Shown piece after piece: positions 26,411 through 27,153 of a DNA stretch of 27,153 bases. The notes beneath the pieces were generated by a model, which saw nothing but the letters and a program-made list of their open reading frames with translations, searched no databases and was not told the origin of the DNA. Position 1 is the stretch's first letter, and every line of letters starts with the position of its first letter. A program made the position numbers and the translations under genes. The stretch is taken from IMG/VR virus record IMGVR_UViG_3300022562_001603, positions 1-27,153 of that record; one strand, given 5' to 3'. Source of the DNA: a virus. Its lineage: Duplodnaviria > Caudoviricetes.

Positions 26411-27153
26411 TCATATCCCCCGGATTTGTTGCGTCGTGATCGTCGGCAAGGCAGTAACCGTGGCCATGGTCTCCGGATCCAACAGATCCAGTTCACCCTC
26501 TACTCTCAAAGTGACGGCAAAGCCTACCACACGATCCGCCACTTCGGGAACATCGTCAAGGTGAGAAATCGACTCTTGAAAGGCTTCATAGGTTCTACCG
26601 TCTCCGACGGAGTCTACCAAATGTACCAGACAATAGGGAGGATATACACGAAGAATAGCATTCAGTATTGCATTCGCCTGGTTGGTTCCGCCACCTCGGT
26701 TGTGCGCGAAGATCGAGATAGTGTACGAGATGTCGTAGGGTACAGCCTGTTGTAGTTGTTCCATACGACTGAATCCGAATACATTCGCGGATTCCGGGCG
26801 TCCTGGGCTCGTATTGACAACCGTCTGGTTACCTGTCGCGGAAGGAGCGCGGTACTGCAAGGATCCGGGATGCCAGCGATTCATTGTCGGAGTAATGTCA
26901 TCACGCCGACAGACGATGAGAGGAAAGTCGTACTTCTCCCAGATGTCCTCGGGAAAAGCAAAAACGATGGGAACCCCCGGGATCCCCTCTCTACTAACGC
27001 GTCCTCGGACTCCAGGCACATCCAGGTAGTAGTTTCTAGGCTCTCCACGCTCGTTGTAGAAGAGCGTCGCGCCCATCGTCGTCACCACACCCTTGTCGAA
27101 ATCACGAAGGCTCACCGTTCCGGTCGGGGACCGACCTTCCAGCCTATCGCGAA
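26411..27153 (-). CDS. Putative tail terminator/completion protein (Pvc16/gp15-like), possibly 5'-truncated by the window
   Basis: LRDFDKGV, FPLIV, AVPYDISYTISI, TLRVEGELD motifs; position before sheath; frame stays open from GTG 27115 to the window edge. Confidence 0.6.
   Translation of the reverse strand, partial: RDRLEGRSPTGTVSLRDFDKGVVTTMGATLFYNERGEPRNYYLDVPGVRGRVSREGIPGVPIVFAFPEDIWEKYDFPLIVCRRDDITPTMNRWHPGSLQYRAPSATGNQTVVNTSPGRPESANVFGFSRMEQLQQAVPYDISYTISIFAHNRGGGTNQANAILNAILRVYPPYCLVHLVDSVGDGRTYEAFQESISHLDDVPEVADRVVGFAVTLRVEGELDLLDPETMATVTALPTITTQQIRGI

Overview
All credible genes lie on the minus strand and form a contractile (myophage/CIS-type) tail morphogenesis region, most likely of a large uncultured phage or prophage. 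No capsid, portal or terminase gene is in view, so a tailocin/eCIS cannot be formally excluded. In transcription order (27153->1): tail terminator-like protein, small sheath-associated protein, 831-aa sheath, 229-aa structural protein, two gp19-like tube proteins, a non-structural cassette (class II ribonucleotide reductase NrdJ, a HAD-like protein, a nuclease-dead HNH + tandem ribbon-helix-helix protein, two small hypotheticals), gp26-like tail chaperone, tape measure, LysM/gp53-hub fusion, gpV/gp5-like spike, gp25, baseplate J/gp6, a tubulin/FtsZ-family GTPase, and repeat-rich fibre/appendage genes. The most interesting signals are: (1) a tubulin-family gene inside the baseplate-fibre block with its own apparent leaderless promoter; (2) a candidate -1 frameshift (T_TTC_CCT) joining the gp26-like chaperone to a gp51/DUF6760-like extension; (3) a tape measure that appears to start at a non-canonical ATC codon; (4) a repeated intergenic palindrome GACCACGTGGTC with a candidate cognate RHH regulator. 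All protein family calls come from motif recognition by eye, not database searches.
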